This document shows, piece after piece, positions 13,216 to 26,493 of a stretch of DNA of 64,000 nucleotides. This DNA comes from Mustelus asterias. Taxonomy: Eukaryota. The DNA lies in contig NC_135803.1 in assembly GCF_964213995.1 (NCBI RefSeq), positions 112,778,001 to 112,842,000 on the forward strand. Direction: 5' to 3'. Made by a program: the position numbers and the translations under genes. The stretch's first letter is position 1. The number at the start of each line of letters is the position of its first letter. The notes beneath the pieces were generated by a model, which was not told the origin of the DNA, ran no database searches, and was given only the letters and a program-made list of their open reading frames with translations.

Positions 13216-13310
13216 ACCTGTCTGCACCTGTGTGTGTATGTGCACCTGTGTGCATGTATGCCTGTGTGTGCACCTGTGTGCATGTATGCCTGTGTGTGTG
13301 CCTGTGTGCA
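13216..13310. repeat. Degenerate (TG/CA)-rich tandem repeat
   Basis: Repeated GTGCACCTGTGTGCATGTATGCCTGTGT units. Confidence 0.8.
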
Positions 13311-14069
13311 GTGCAGTTAGAAATCCTTCCCACATCCCCAATCCCCCACATTTTTGAATGTGAATAAACTAGCCTCTGAATTAATCATGACATGAGTTTC
13401 CTGTGTGTTATTATTAAACTATTAAACTGAAGGTTTGGAAAAACACACCACACTTTCCATTACATATAATTCAAAAACACCTCTGCTTAAGGATAGACAG
13501 AGAATGGATAAAGAATTTCTGTTTTTTTTCTCTCTTCCATCCATTACAGGATACTCACCTTTCCAATCCATAAGCATCAATTTGGTTAACCAGCCTTTAT
13601 GTACCTTGTCAAACACTTTCTTAAAATCCATATAGACAACATCCACCGCATTTCCTTTATCTTTCTTCTTTGTTCCTTCATCAACGGATTCAATTGGATT
13701 AGACCAGGCTCCCTTTAAAGAATTTAAATCTCTCCAAGTGCTTGTTGATTTTTGATATCGTGATGCTGAGGGCTATTTGGCCTCTGGTATCTGTGCAGAT
13801 TCTTTGTTAGAGTTAGCCAGTCAATCCCACCCCCCTGTTCTTTCCCCATAGCTTTGCACAGTTTTTTTCTCTTCAATCTATCCAGTATATTTTTGAATGT
13901 TACTGCTGAATCTTCTTCCACCTCCCTTCAGCCAGAAAACCCTCGTGTTACCTCTGGTACCTTTGCCAATTACCTTTAGTTTGTGTTGTCTCATAGCAAA
14001 CCCTTCTGCCGCCAGAAATAATTTACCTCTATTTATTCGAACAAAATGATTTATGATTTAGGACTCCTC

Positions 14070-14250
14070 TGAGTCCAAAGATGTGCAGGTTAGGTGGATT
14101 GGCAATACTAAATTGCCCCTTAGTATCAGGGGGACTAGCTAAGGCAAATGCATGGGGTTGTGGGGGTGGGGCCTGTGTGGGATTGTGGTCGGTGCAGACT
14201 CAATGGGCTGAATGGCCTCCTTCTGCTCTGTAGGATTCAATGGTTCCATG
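14070..14250 (+). mobile_element. 5'-truncated HE1/V-type SINE
   Basis: GTCCAAAGATGTGCAGGTTAGGTGGATTGG...GGCCTCCTTCTGCTCTGTAGGATTC. Confidence 0.8.
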
Positions 14251-15276
14251 AAATCGCCTCTCAATCCACTGTGCCCTTCACAAAACAACCCTGGCTTCAG
14301 CAGTCTGTCCGCATAACAGGTCCCTCACTTCTATTACTATTCTTGATAAAGATTTTCAAAATTAGGAGAGGATTAAATATGGAAAAATAATTTTCATTGG
14401 TTGCTGAGTCAGCAAGTAGAGGTCATAACTTTCAGGTCATCAAAATGTTGAAGGATGTGGTTGACCAGAAACAAGGAAAGCCTTTAAACAGGAACTACTT
14501 ATATATTAAAAAAATTTTTTAAAGCTCTAGTAAAATGGGCAGGATATAGGATGAAATAGATAACTTCGTGATCTGGCACAGACACAACGGAAGGAATGGC
14601 TTCCTCCTGTACTATAAAACTCTACTTAGTAACAAAGGACACAGCCATCAAACTGTTCTGAAATAACTTGATCAGTGAGCTAGAAAGCAAATCCCATAAT
14701 ACTATCCCTCAAGTTACTTACAAAACAGTAGTCTGTTAAGCCTGTCTGCATTTTAAATCAAGAATTGGTAGAAGACTGTGTATTTTTGAAAATTGCTACT
14801 TCTTGGCGATTCAAAACTAGCAAACTGAGAACAATTAAGGGTATGATTATACTGCCATTTTCTACTTCACAATAACATGATAGCATAACTCTGCACCAAT
14901 GCCTTGATTCAACTTCCTCAAGGGAAGTTTTATTTCACAGGCTTATAACTCCAACATAGTGTCATAAATAATAAACAAGGCTCAAATGGTCCAGTGGACT
15001 AAGCGGACATTTTTACAAACTGAAGCTAAGCTGTTTTTAATAGTTTCAGAAAGCTCAAAAATGTACCAAGAGGAGCAGAGCTGCCTGATGTGTCTCATAG
15101 GCATTCTCAGGCTCTTTGCAGGCTCCAGCCGAACTCTGTTGGTTCTGAAATTCATTCTGGAGTTCCACATCTCAGACCAAAATCTCAGTCCAAGTGCCAG
15201 CTGAACAGATAAATTAGCACTCGACAAAACAACAGTCCTTTCATTGAGCAATCCCCAGAAAAATACTGAGGATGCT

Positions 15277-15505
15277 TGTAATGACTTCAATCAAGCCATT
15301 GAGGTTGGCCAATGGAGTATGAACTCCCTGATTAAGGATCCAATTCATGGGCCAATCAGGGAGTCTTTGCATTGTACTTAACCAGGAGTGTCAGTTCCTC
15401 TGGCACCCCTGGAGGTCGTCTGCTAATTGATAGCACTCTGTGCACTGCTGTTTGTAAATAAAGGGATTTTAGTGAAGGGTCTTCGGCCTCTGCAGATTTA
15501 TTACA
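15277..15505 (+). mobile_element. Solo LTR (229 bp)
   Basis: TGTAAT...ATTACA termini, 5-bp TSD ATGCT, CCAAT boxes and AATAAA; inserted in a Penelope-derived repeat. Confidence 0.85.
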
Positions 15506-16459
15506 ATGCTGGAATCTGAAATAAAAATAGAATTCGGGAAAATCTCAGCAGGTCTGACAGCATCTGTGGAGAGAGAATAGAACCAACGTTTCGAGTCAAT
15601 CTAACCATTTTACAAACCACTCTTGTCTGCCTCAGGTTACATTCCCCATACTTGAAAAGGTATTGATCAGTTCCGAGCACGGGATTATCAGGCATTCTCA
15701 CCCAATATAAAACATTCTTGATCTGTAAAATAACAATGGGAGCTTGCAATTAGTTGGCCTTAGTTCTACTCATTGAGTTCCTTTTTTTTTCATGCAGTTT
15801 GCTCAATATCAGTGTAACTGGTGCAAAAGATCACAGAATTATAAGCACAAATTGCATTTGGCGCAACTTGAGTTTCCGAAACAAAAAACAGAAATATTCA
15901 ACATTTGTGGAGAGGGGAACAGAGTTCGTGGGCTGGATTTTTGTTTTGGAATTGGGACCCCGATGTTGGGTGAATTCCCACACCCCTGATGCGACTTTGG
16001 CAGGGATAGCCAATTAAGAGTCAAGAAGTGCACTCACCGTCCGACAAGAGGCTTTCCAGCAATGAGGCAGCAGCAGCAGCACTGTCCGAGGAACGAATTG
16101 CTGGTGCATATGAAGGAGACTGCAGCCTCAAAATGGAGGCGCAATCTGATGGGAAGTTAAAAAGGAAATCAATTTAAAAAGGCCACAGTTGCCAGGCTGT
16201 CAGCATGAAGAATTTTTCCACTGGGTGACCTGTAGCTGCAGTCTATGATATGTAGGGAGGGGGATCCTAGCAGGATGGGAGTGTGTTCCTGTTGCCAGGT
16301 AATATGGTTAGAGGGTTGGTTAGCTAACAAGAAATAGAGGTAAGTGTGTAATTTTTAGGTTAGCAAGCTGTAACTAGTGGAGTGCTGTGGTTTCAACCGT
16401 TTACAGTCTAAAGCAATGACTTGGAAGGGACCAAATGTATGGTAGCTATTTTTTAAAAA

Positions 16460-16803
16460 ATTCATTCGTGAGACATGGGCGACGCTGGCTGGCCAGCATT
16501 TATTATCCATCCCTAGTTGCCCTTGAAGGGCAGTTGAGAATCAACGACATTGCTGTGGCTCTGGAGTCACATGTAGGCCAGACCAGGTAAGGATGGCAGA
16601 TTTCCTTTCCTAAAGAACATTAGTGAACCAGATGGGTTTTTCTGACAATCGACAATGGTCATCGGTAGGTTCTTCATTCCAGATTTTAAAAAAATTCAAA
16701 TTCCACCATCTGCGACAGTGGGATTCGAACCTGGATCCCCAGAACATTAGCTGAGTTTCTGGATTAATTATCACATGATAATACCACTAGGCCATCACCT
16801 CCC
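16460..16803 (-). mobile_element. tRNA-derived SINE with L2-like tail, inside a decayed plus-strand CR1 (about 16290-17110)
   Basis: Minus strand has A box TGGCCTAGTGG, B box GGTTCGAATCC and tail ...ATAATAAATGCTGGCCAGCCAGCG...GAATGAAT; related copy at about 50620-50915. Confidence 0.75.
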
Positions 16804-17205
16804 TGATGACACAAAGGTGGCAGGGACTAGAAATAAGGGATGCCGTTTTAAATTAAGGTCTCCCATTTAAGATGGAGATGAGAACTTTTCCCTTGAAGTT
16901 TGTGATGGGATTCTCTTGCCAGGAGAGCAGTGGAGGAAGGGTCATTGAATATTTTTGAGGCCAAATTAGATAGATTCTTGACTGACAAGGGATTCAAAAG
17001 ATATAGGCAGGAAAGTAAAGGCCACAATCAGATCAACCATGATCTTATCAAATGGCAGAGCAGGCGTCAAGGGCTGAATTGTCTCCTGCTGTTCCTAATC
17101 TGTATGTTCGTACGTAAAAGGATTGCCTGATTGCAATGGTTCAAGGCAGATTTTGCATTCAGTGATACACAAATGAGTTTCAGCAGAAACTTAGGGAAAG
17201 AAAAC

Positions 17206-18322
17206 GGGGGCGATTCTCCCAAAAAAATTCTAAGTGTCGAATTTGTGTAAAAACGGGAGTAAATCACATTGTTTTTTCAGCATGAGTTTCAAAATGAATC
17301 GCCCACATTCTGTACACTGCAGAGTGCACTAGCACAAATTAGTCCAAGAATCTGTGGGCGGGGCCTATTCCTGCTGGAGAGGCCGGTAGCATAGCACTGT
17401 GTGGGCCACTGCACATGCACCGATCTGTTAGCGCCGAGGTCGGCGTATGCGCAGTGGCTCTGCACTGCCAGCCTCCCGATTGCTGGCCTGCTCGATCATT
17501 GGCAAGCCCCACGACCCTGCATTGCTGGCCCGCCGAACATGCCTGGGCCAGCCTTGAAACCCCACTCCCTCCACGCAACTCCGATCTCCCGATCCCTCCC
17601 CTTAATCCCCCCCTCCCCAGCCTGTCTTGATGTACCCCCCCCTGCACAGCCTCGTTTTCCCGACCCCCCCCCCCGCCCCGATCCCCCCAGCAGGCTGACC
17701 TCCCCCAACCCGAAGGCCTGACCCGATCGCTGGCCTCCCTCCCTTTGTCAAATGCAGAGTGGCAGTGGGAACCCCCCCACCCCCACCAATTGCCCTGTCT
17801 CCATCAGGTCACATACCTTGGCACTGCCCTATGCCTGATGGGGCAGTGCCAAGGTGTTCCCTGGGCATTGGCATGTTGCCCCTTGGGCAGTGCCGGGGAG
17901 CCAGGCTGGCACTGCCAAGGTGGTAATGCCCAAGGGGCACCCACCCAGAGCCCGACCCTCTGGGGGGGGCCTCGATGGCCCCCTGCACTCCAGTGGGGTC
18001 AGACCGCCCACTCCCTGCAAATGGGGAGCGACTGTAAACCCCGCTGGAGTGAAATAATCCTGGCGGCGGAGGAGACGCTAGCGGGCCTGGAAATTTCAGT
18101 CCCGGACCCGCTAATGATATTTAAGTGATATTAAAATTAGCATTTGCATGATTTATAAAGCTCTGCGCCGATTTCTGGTGCGGAGTTGATGGCACCGGAA
18201 ATCTGGCGCTCAGAGACTTGCAGAGGCCGTGGCGCCCAGCGGGGAGCCCGCGAAACGGCCTCTGCTCGAGTCTCCCGGCCCGCTGTGCTACAAAAACAGC
18301 GCAGTGGGACCGGGGAATCACC
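17206..18322 (+). mobile_element. ~1.1-kb GC-rich non-autonomous DNA transposon (Harbinger-type), copy A
   Basis: TIR GGGGCGATTCTCCC / GGGGAATCACC; colinear with copies at 31687 and 37997. Confidence 0.75.
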
Positions 18323-18445
18323 AATGTCTTTAAAAATGGAGATAACTGAATTGGCAATTGGACACAAATAAGAAAGTATGTCCCATTTAATACAAAACTT
18401 AGTCAGACAATAATGGAACTACATGCCACAGCTGACAACAGCGCT

Positions 18446-18451
18446 TTTATT
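18446..18451 (-). terminator. Candidate poly(A) signal of GXYLT2
   Basis: AATAAA at the distal end of an AT-rich stretch about 1.9 kb downstream of the stop codon. Alternative hexamers occur near 18565 and 18909. Confidence 0.35.
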
Positions 18452-19757
18452 AATGAAATAATATCTTATATTTAAAACAAACATGTATAAATATTGGGGA
18501 TTATATATCACATTACAACAAAAAAAAGAACTTGCATCTCAAATACAACTGTTCTTCGAATCAGTTTATTGTTCGGGTCGCAGTCTTTGGGAAAGTATAC
18601 AAGTGATTTTTCTTTAGGTACCACCTCTAACATGCTTTGAATAGCTGGCTCAATAAAGGACCATCTTCCTGGATGCTGCAGGATGATTCTAATGACCTGG
18701 AATGACATTTTTACCCATAAATACCTTCATGTTTTTTGTAATGTTTGGATATTCTCTATTCCAATAATTTGAGTACATGGCACGATTAAAAAAATATGTA
18801 CAAAATGTCAAATATCTAAAGCCTCACTTCCGAAAAAGCAAGAACATCCAGGATCTCAAACAAATCAAAGTGTTCTCCAGATATGGTTCACTCACTTAAT
18901 TTTAGTTATTTATTCAGGACTAAAATGTCTGCAAATCCTCCGTTGCTTGGCTGGTGGATTCAAATTTTTAGAGCGTGCTTTCTCTGAGAATCAAGTATTA
19001 GGACGTAATCCGATCACACAAGCTCGTGTGCTCACAGAAACTAAACTGCTGACATATTGTTAAAATTAAAACTTCACATGAGTGAAAAGACCCTTCAGAT
19101 CGGATTATGAATAATTGTCACAATTTTCATTGCTGGAGCAAAGAAAAATTCCTATTTTCTAAATGTTCACTTTCATCTCAGTATTTTTGGTGCCACATAA
19201 CCATCCCCTGCCTCAGTCCCTGCAGTTTGCTCCCTCTCCTCAAAGTGCTGGAGGTCCAATTCCATGGAATCTCCCCTATCTGACCATTTTGAGTCTCTAA
19301 TTATCAGTAGACTATTCAACCACAGAGGCCATCATCAGTCCAGCTCTGATGCAACATTAAGACTGCTGATTTCCAGTCTGACCCACAAGGATCCTACTTG
19401 CTTCCTCCCCCACCAAAAAAAGATATAAGGTCACCGAGGTCAACTGAAGAACCCAAATTGTGCTCCAGGTGACTCAGCACAGACAAGAAATTGAACCTGC
19501 GATCTTCTGGTCTGTATAGCTTAGTTTTATCTCAGGGCCGTCTCTACCCATGAGATGGTCAGGGAGTTGCTCGAAGAATAGACAGTTGTGCAGATAATTA
19601 CTTCACAGCATCTGTCTCAAGGAATGTTTTTGCACTGGCAAGTGCTCTAGTGTGAAAGACAATATTTGACTTGATAAAGAATAATACATTTCAGCACATT
19701 AATAATTCTAAAACAGATCTTATATATCCAATGTCGGTTTCTACAAGGAGAAACAAA

Positions 19758-19877
19758 GGGTGGGATTTTCCAGCCCCGCCCACCGCTGGGATGCTGCTGA
19801 AAGCCAATGGACTTCTGGCTGGGCCCTCGAATTTCCTGCCGAGGATCTTGCCATGACAGGGCTGGAAAACCCCAGCC
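19758..19877. mobile_element. Harbinger-type MITE in the presumed GXYLT2 3' UTR
   Basis: GGGTGGGATTTTCCAGCCC...GGGCTGGAAAACCCCAGCC inverted ends. Confidence 0.65.
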
Positions 19878-20373
19878 AAAAACACAAACCAACCATTGCC
19901 CACACGGTCCACAACACTCATTCTATTTCTTCAACCTCAGGATCCTCCTTCATGTTGAAAAGACATTTAGCAACAACAGATTCATGTGTTGTGGATACAA
20001 TCACCTTCTGAGCAGTTCTCTAAGACACCACCAAAGCAAGCATGATCTTACTGGTGCAGTTGGCTGGATTCATTATATTCCTCCTGGTTTCACAGTTAAC
20101 CAGCTGTATGGATTCATATAAGCGTACAAGACAAGATGAGTGATGTGTGCAACCTCACATCCCAAGATTGATGACAGGACCGCTCTTCTGCATGGTTAAA
20201 AAGTGCATTGAGGGTGAAAAGAAGTAACCATGTGAGGCTTTTGCTGCATAAAATCTGCACAGTCATAGGACAGAAACAAAAATGCATGGTGAAAAAAAAC
20301 TGGAAAATATAAATCTGAGCTTTGCCTTTGAGTTTCAGTGCAGCACACACAAAACTTCTTCCATCTTCACTCC

Positions 20374-20538
20374 TTATCCGACATGAATAACACGGAGCTC
20401 ATACGCTTTCCTCATGGCTTGTTCAACCTGCTTAAGGAACACTTGTGGAAGCCTCCCACATAAAGTGTGGACAGTTTTCAGGAAGTTGTTTTGGAGTGGG
20501 AAATAAAGGGACTGAAACAAATTCTCCTCAAAGGGAAA
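20374..20538 (-). CDS. GXYLT2: Glucoside xylosyltransferase 2, last coding exon
   Basis: tctttcag|[54 protein letters not shown]; phase 0; matches the GXYLT2 C-terminus. Confidence 0.93.
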   Translation of the reverse strand, partial: FPFEENLFQSLYFPLQNNFLKTVHTLCGRLPQVFLKQVEQAMRKAYELRVIHVG

Positions 20539-20661
20539 CTGAAAGACAAAAAAAAATCATCAATGTTCCTGCTTTAACATAAATTTCAATAGTTTCAGAA
20601 CACATTTGTCAATGGAATTGGGCATCATATCTATGAGAAAGGGTAACTCATTACAATCACA

Positions 20662-20963
20662 GGGCAGAACACAGCGGCACAGTAGTTAGCATTGCCGCCT
20701 CCACAGCGCCAGGAACCCAGGTTCGATTCCCGGCTTGGGTCACTGTCTGTGCAGAATCTGCACGATCTCCCCGTGTTGGCGTGGGTGTCCTCCGGGTGCT
20801 CCGGTTTCCTCCCACAGTCTGAAAGACATGCTGGTTAGGTGCATTGGCCGTGCTAAATTCTCCCTCAGTGTACCCGAACAGGCGCCGGTGTGTGGTGACT
20901 AGAGGATTTTCACAGTAACTTCATTGCAGTGTTAATGTAAGCCTACTTGTGACACTCATAAAC
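20662..20963 (+). mobile_element. V-type SINE with alternative tail
   Basis: tRNA head (GGTTCGATTCCC B box) and V core, then tail GGATTTTCACAGTAACTTCATTGCAGTGTTAATGTAAGCCTACTTGTGAC; same type at 50091. Confidence 0.85.
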
Positions 20964-21579
20964 AAAGTTAACAGCAGTGCACTGTGCTCATATTTTTGAT
21001 CACGCATCTTCTGTGAAATTAATTGTTCCAGACGGTTTTCAGAAACTGAACATTCTGACATGAGTGCAGCACGATGACAATATCCTTGTCCTTGTGAAAA
21101 GACAATCAGGAAAATTGCCGTGATTGTTCTTTCAGGCACGAATAGTATACTGACAAGAAACCATTAATTATGCACCTTTGACTGCTCTTGTGCACAGTGT
21201 ATAGTGCTGACTGTTGAGCAGTCAACTGCCAAGTGCTCTGAATTATTAATTTTCAGCAGGATTTGTTAGTATCACCAGCATATAACCAACACAATGTACA
21301 GAAGTCAAATGCTTGCACAATCACAACAGTAAACTGCATTTTTTTCCCCACAAACTGAAAAAGCTGGAGCTACACAGCATCCATCAATCCCAAATATTTT
21401 CTATTCATTAATTGCAGCGGAAGGATCAAATGAGAAAGATTTTTTTTCCAAAATTAATGACGCAATCTTATCAGTTTTCACCACATCAGTTCAAGTAGAA
21501 ATCAAAGGTTGAGTTACAGTAAATCAGTAATGGAAAATGTTGTGGTTATGGGAATTTGAAATAAAATAGGAAATATTCA

Positions 21580-22385
21580 GCAACCTGCTTCCACTTCCTT
21601 TCCAAGATTCACATTTTCTTCTCTTCCCCTCTCTTTTCTGCATTTCAAAGGGACCATTCCCTCCTTCATGTCCAACAACCCCTCCTTCTCCCACTTCATC
21701 TTTCCATGCAAGCCACATACAATGCAATATCTGCCCTTTTAGCCCGGCCCCCACTTCCCGCTGCCCAAGGTCACAAACAGCCCTCCAGGTGAAACAGCAA
21801 TTTACTTCTTTTCACTTTGTATACTGTATTCACTGCTCACAATGGTCACCTCCACACCGGGGAGACCACGCATAGATTGAGTGGCCACTTTGTCGAACAC
21901 GTTGGCTCAGTCTGCTGGCATGACCTGGAACTTCCATTTGCCTGGTATTTTAACTCTCCACTTTGCTTCCCTGTCCTCTGAGCTCCGTCCTCAGCCTGCT
22001 TCAGTGTCCTGAGGCAGTTCAGTGCAGGCTCAAGGAATCTTTCAACTGGACCCTTCACAGCATTCTGTCCTCAACGCAGAGTTCAACCATTTTAGATTGT
22101 AACCTCTGCCCCATTTTGGTTTCCTTTTCTGGTTTTTGTTTTTCTCTTGTCTTTTTCTTTTGGAAAGCAGCTGTATGTTTCTGCCATTGACACCTCCTCT
22201 CAACAATATGTTTGTTTCTTTACTTGTCCTATTACTATTCCCTTTGGCCTTGTACCATGAACGCCTTTGTCATTTAATCTCTCCTTAATCACTTTTGATT
22301 TCCTCCCACGTTTCCCTCTCATTTGCTTAAAACCTATTACACCCCCAACTCTTTCTAGTTGTGATGAAAGGTTACTGATTTGGCA
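21580..22385 (+). mobile_element. Penelope-like element 3' fragment (GIY-YIG endonuclease relic plus pseudo-LTR)
   Basis: VYCIHCSQ..HLHTGETTHRLSGHFVEHV.SV...DL.LP.A.YFNSP, followed by a pyrimidine-rich tail ending in GTGATGAAAGGTTAC. Confidence 0.75.
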
Positions 22386-22479
22386 GCAGTGTGGTATTCC
22401 TAACGGTGTAACTGAAAACGTGCATGTCATTTCAGCTCTTCCCCATTTTGCACACGGTTATTACTGAAATTTAAAGTGC

Positions 22480-23420
22480 TGGCAGTGTGCACGAGAGACA
22501 GGTGAGATTCAGTGACGGAGGAAAGTTTTCAGTGGGGAAATCCACCATCAGCTGATATCGCTGCAGCTCCAGACAGGTTATTAAACAGCCTCCTGTTCAA
22601 ACACAGACTGTGCTTCACAGCCAGAATAGTGTCATTCAAAAGGACTCTTCACAAGATCTCCTGCCCTCCCCCCCATCAAATTCTTCATGGCAGAGCGTCG
22701 ATCAAGAGTTGCACCTCTGTTCAGTGAAGCCTCTCTGCAGGTCATTTCGCAGGTCGTCAAGGAAAGGAGGGGGATGCTCTTTCTTGTCCATGACATCAAA
22801 AGGCCCTCCAGCCAGACCAAGGCTGTCTGGACGGAGGTTTCAGAGGACGTCAGCAATCGCGGCATAAGAAATAAAACCTGGAAAGTACAGGAAACTGGTC
22901 AACGACTTGCTCCAATCCATCAGGGTAAGTGTACCATCTTCAACAGGAATCTCTCGTAGGCAGTCAACAATAAGGCATAAGTGAGAGTGGACAGCTCTGC
23001 CAGAAGAGTTATATTCGATATGCCTTAGTGCCACTTGGCAACTGAGACCACGCATGTGGAACTTTGGCGTTTGTTGTGGATGTATGTCGACAAATGGGGG
23101 TTAGGGGCCACTTGACATGTTACTAACCCTGCAGTTTGTCATGCAGATGATAAGCAGCCCCACAATTCTAATGGGAGGCGATGGACAGGAGAAGTTCCTG
23201 ACCTCAAGTTCCTGATAGATGCTGAGGAAGAGATCATCGAGATGGCTGGCAAGGCGTTAGCGTGATCAGCTGCAGACAGTGAGGTTCGACTGGAGAAAGA
23301 GGCAACCATGCTGCTGGTGACATTTGGGCTCACAGGATGGATTTGATCAAATGTGACTTGCTCAAACTGTTGTGATTCCTATAATGCTTCTGTTTGTTCC
23401 CATTGACAGCTCATCGCCAT
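22480..23420 (+). pseudogene. Harbinger Myb/SANT-like gene relic (two exons)
   Basis: MAERRSRVAPLFSEASLQVISQVVKERRGMLF...TKAVWTEVSEDVS, donor GTAAGT at 22925, acceptor near 23146, then DKQPHNS..RRWTGEVPDLKFLIDAEEEIIEMAG. Confidence 0.7.
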
Positions 23421-24218
23421 CCAAATCCCCACTTGCCTACTCTTACCCTGAGGCCTCCCATTAATCCCCTCCCCCCCGCAATGTTTTTATCTGTTCCCGT
23501 TCCCCAGCCTATGAAATGTCTGAATACTCGACCCAGACTGTAGAGCTGTCCCCATACCAAATCTGGCTCCTCCTCCCTCGCCATCCAGCACTGGACCCCA
23601 ACAATGAGAGCACCAACCTCACTCTTTAGGCCTATTATTCACTGTACCAATTCTGCCTGGATCCACATGTCCCTCCACCCCACCCTGCCCCCCTTAATTC
23701 CCAGCCCCCAAACGCTCATGACCACCACCCTCAGCATGCGAGGCCTTTCTCTCCGCCCCAGCTCCCTTTTATGGATTGCAAACATATCAAAAGTAGGAAC
23801 CTGCCACAGGCTGACTTGAAGTTGCTGACTTTAGTTCTGCATCTAAACCCGCCATCAGGTAACCAAAACTTTGCCTCCCACCTAATTCAGTCACCCGCAT
23901 TTCCTGTTCCTGCGTGCTCTGCAAATCCATCCCCACAACCCCTGCATCCCCCTAACCACCGCACCGCCCCCCCCCCCCCCCGCCCCCCCTCCCAATCCAC
24001 CCACCAACTCTGTCATTAGCTCTGTTCCTCTCTCCACAGGTGCTCCCAGATCTGTAGGGTATTTCCAGCATTTTCTCTTCTAAATCAGTAAGGGGCATGT
24101 AATCGCAGACAGGTCATTCAAAACTTCCATCCGCTGATAGGAATCAAGTCAAGCATTCCTGATCCAATTGTAGCTCTTCAGAAAGGAGACATATCACTTT
24201 TGTGATTGAAATACTTAC

Positions 24219-24391
24219 ATCACGTATGGCTTCATACATTACTTTGAAAGCAGGTTGTTTATCATCATGATAAACCCCACGGTTCCCATGGAGAATCGAA
24301 ACTCCCTGGTCCTCTGCTCCTCGACAGTTGCTGCCATACATACAGTGATCTGGTCTATAATTCCACTGACAAGGGAACACGTACAGATATT
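24219..24391 (-). CDS. GXYLT2: GXYLT2 internal coding exon (173 bp)
   Basis: ctgtag|(E)[57 protein letters not shown]|gtaagt. Confidence 0.95.
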
Positions 24392-24502
24392 CTACAGAAT
24401 CAAAAGAAACATGATTTTAATATCCTACCCAACTGAATTACCAGAGTTTGTGGCGTATTAGTCGACCTGGCTTTAGAGATGACCACATTTCTTTCGCCCT
24501 GT

Positions 24503-25245
24503 GGCCGGGATTCTCCCAGCCTGCTGTGCTGCTTGAGTAGTGCGGCAGATTGGGAGACAACAGTAGGGGGCCTTTAGCGGGATTTGCAACCGGTGTCCAG
24601 CCGGCCGCGAGTCTCAGAGACCCTTTTTCTTAGCGCAATAAGCTCCGTGCTGGAAATCGGTGCAAAGTTGATAACCATATGGAAATTACAATTCTCCGGG
24701 CCAGCTAGCATCTCCACCCCACCAAGAGAGGTTCCCACCAGTGGGGTTTACAGCCACTCCCCACTAACAGGGAACCTGTCCTTACCCCACTGGTGGGGAT
24801 AAGAGGTCAGGGGCAAGGAGGTGAGGTGTGGTTGGGCAGTGCCAGCCTGGTACCCTGGCACTGCCCTTGGCACTTCTCATTGGGCACCAGGCAGTGCCAA
24901 GGGTGCAGGGCAGGACCTGCTGCCACGTTGCACTGGGATCGGGCCTTACCATCGGTGGCAGAGGGGGTTCCGGTAGACCAGCAATTGGGGGAGGGCAGTA
25001 TCGGGAGACCAGTCATAAGGAGGGGGAGGCCATCCATCAGGGTGGTGGTTTGGGGATAAACAGGAGACCAGCAATTTGGAAGACGGCGATGGGGGGGGGG
25101 GGCAAGAGCGTATGGGCGATCTCCCTACTGACAGATTGGCGCATGCGCAGTGACCCACACAGCGCAATGCTGCTGGCATCTTGGGTGGGATTAGGCCCTG
25201 CCCCCACCCCCACAACTTTGCCACCGTGCTGCCCTCCACCATTTT
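24503..25245 (-). mobile_element. GC-rich Harbinger-type non-autonomous element, divergent and truncated relative
   Basis: GGCCGGGATTCTCCC end with subterminal hairpin; internal GCTAGCATCTCC...CAGTGGGGTTTACAG shared with the 31.7-kb copy. Confidence 0.6.
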
Positions 25246-26493
25246 AGTCTGAAATTCCAGGGAAACTTAAGTAAACAAGGTCCATTAACTCTACTTAAAA
25301 TAACCACTTGCAAGACTGAAATGAGTAATGAACCTACTCTTCTAGTATCTGAGCTGCATTCCCTCCAAACATACCAACTACCTGTAGCATAAAGCTGAAT
25401 TCTTAAACATTCCCCTCAGCCATATGAATTGCATTACTATCATCGCACCCATAAAGAGCAGAACCCACATTGCAAACAACAAAATGGCAACCATCTGCAG
25501 CCACACCAGAGGTTTACTTTTATATTCTGTGTATAAGGCAGCCCCCCCTTTCTGGAGCAATTTTTTGAGACTTGAAAGTTGACTTACGCTTAACATCTAC
25601 AGTTCTTATCATCGTTAAAGAAAATCTTTCTTATTGAATTCCTTAAACTTTGAGATTTAACATCTGAAAAGATTTGGAATGTTTCTCAAAAATCTTTTTA
25701 CATTCCATATACTTTAAACACAAAGGTTTCTTAACATTTATTTCTGCAGGTTGCTCCAGTGACTCAGGATGTACTAACCTTTAGGCTGCAGGTACAGCTT
25801 AAAATTAGTATGGGGCCCAGTGATTTAAACTCAGCTTGGTGCGCTGGAATTAATGTCAATATTCTTGGGTTTGGAAGGATTAAAAAGAAGAATTGACCGA
25901 GGTGTTGTTGCTGCGCACTGACAAATGAAGATAGTGATGTCCCCGACAGCTGGAGCATCTACTAACATTCAGCGTCTGGGGAGAGGAAGTTTTTATGGCC
26001 GAGGAGGGTCTGGGCCACCAGACAGAGAACTGGCAGGGAACGCTCGTCAGTCCTGTGGAGGAGCCTGATGAAATCATCTTTGGACATCGAATTAGCCACT
26101 TCTAGGCCTTCCCCATAACTGAGGTCCCCACCAGCAGAGATCCTGCCTGCCAAGGGCCTCCGATCAATCAGGGGCAGCTCGCCTTTACCGATAGGAGCAT
26201 TAACAGCCGAGGAGAGATGGGGGTCACGGAAGAGGGAGAAAGGGGTGGGAGGTAGGGTGCTGGGTGGATGTCAGCAGCTACAGCCCTGCCCAATGTCGGG
26301 TCCCTTCATTAGGCACAAATTGCCAAAGAGCCGGCTGTGCAGCCTCCATTTAATCCACCAGTCACCACTAAAATGCAGTGGGCCCAGGGATGATGAGCGT
26401 TAATTGATTTTATCAATGAGCCTAATGACAACCCACTGCTGGCACATTAGCCCCCTCCGTCTTAATCGGGGGAAGTTTTCCCACCCACACAAT

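Noticed and set aside
13216-13310. Regularly spaced repeats resembling an array
   Set aside because: It is a degenerate TG microsatellite without unique spacers; there is no CRISPR or prokaryotic context.
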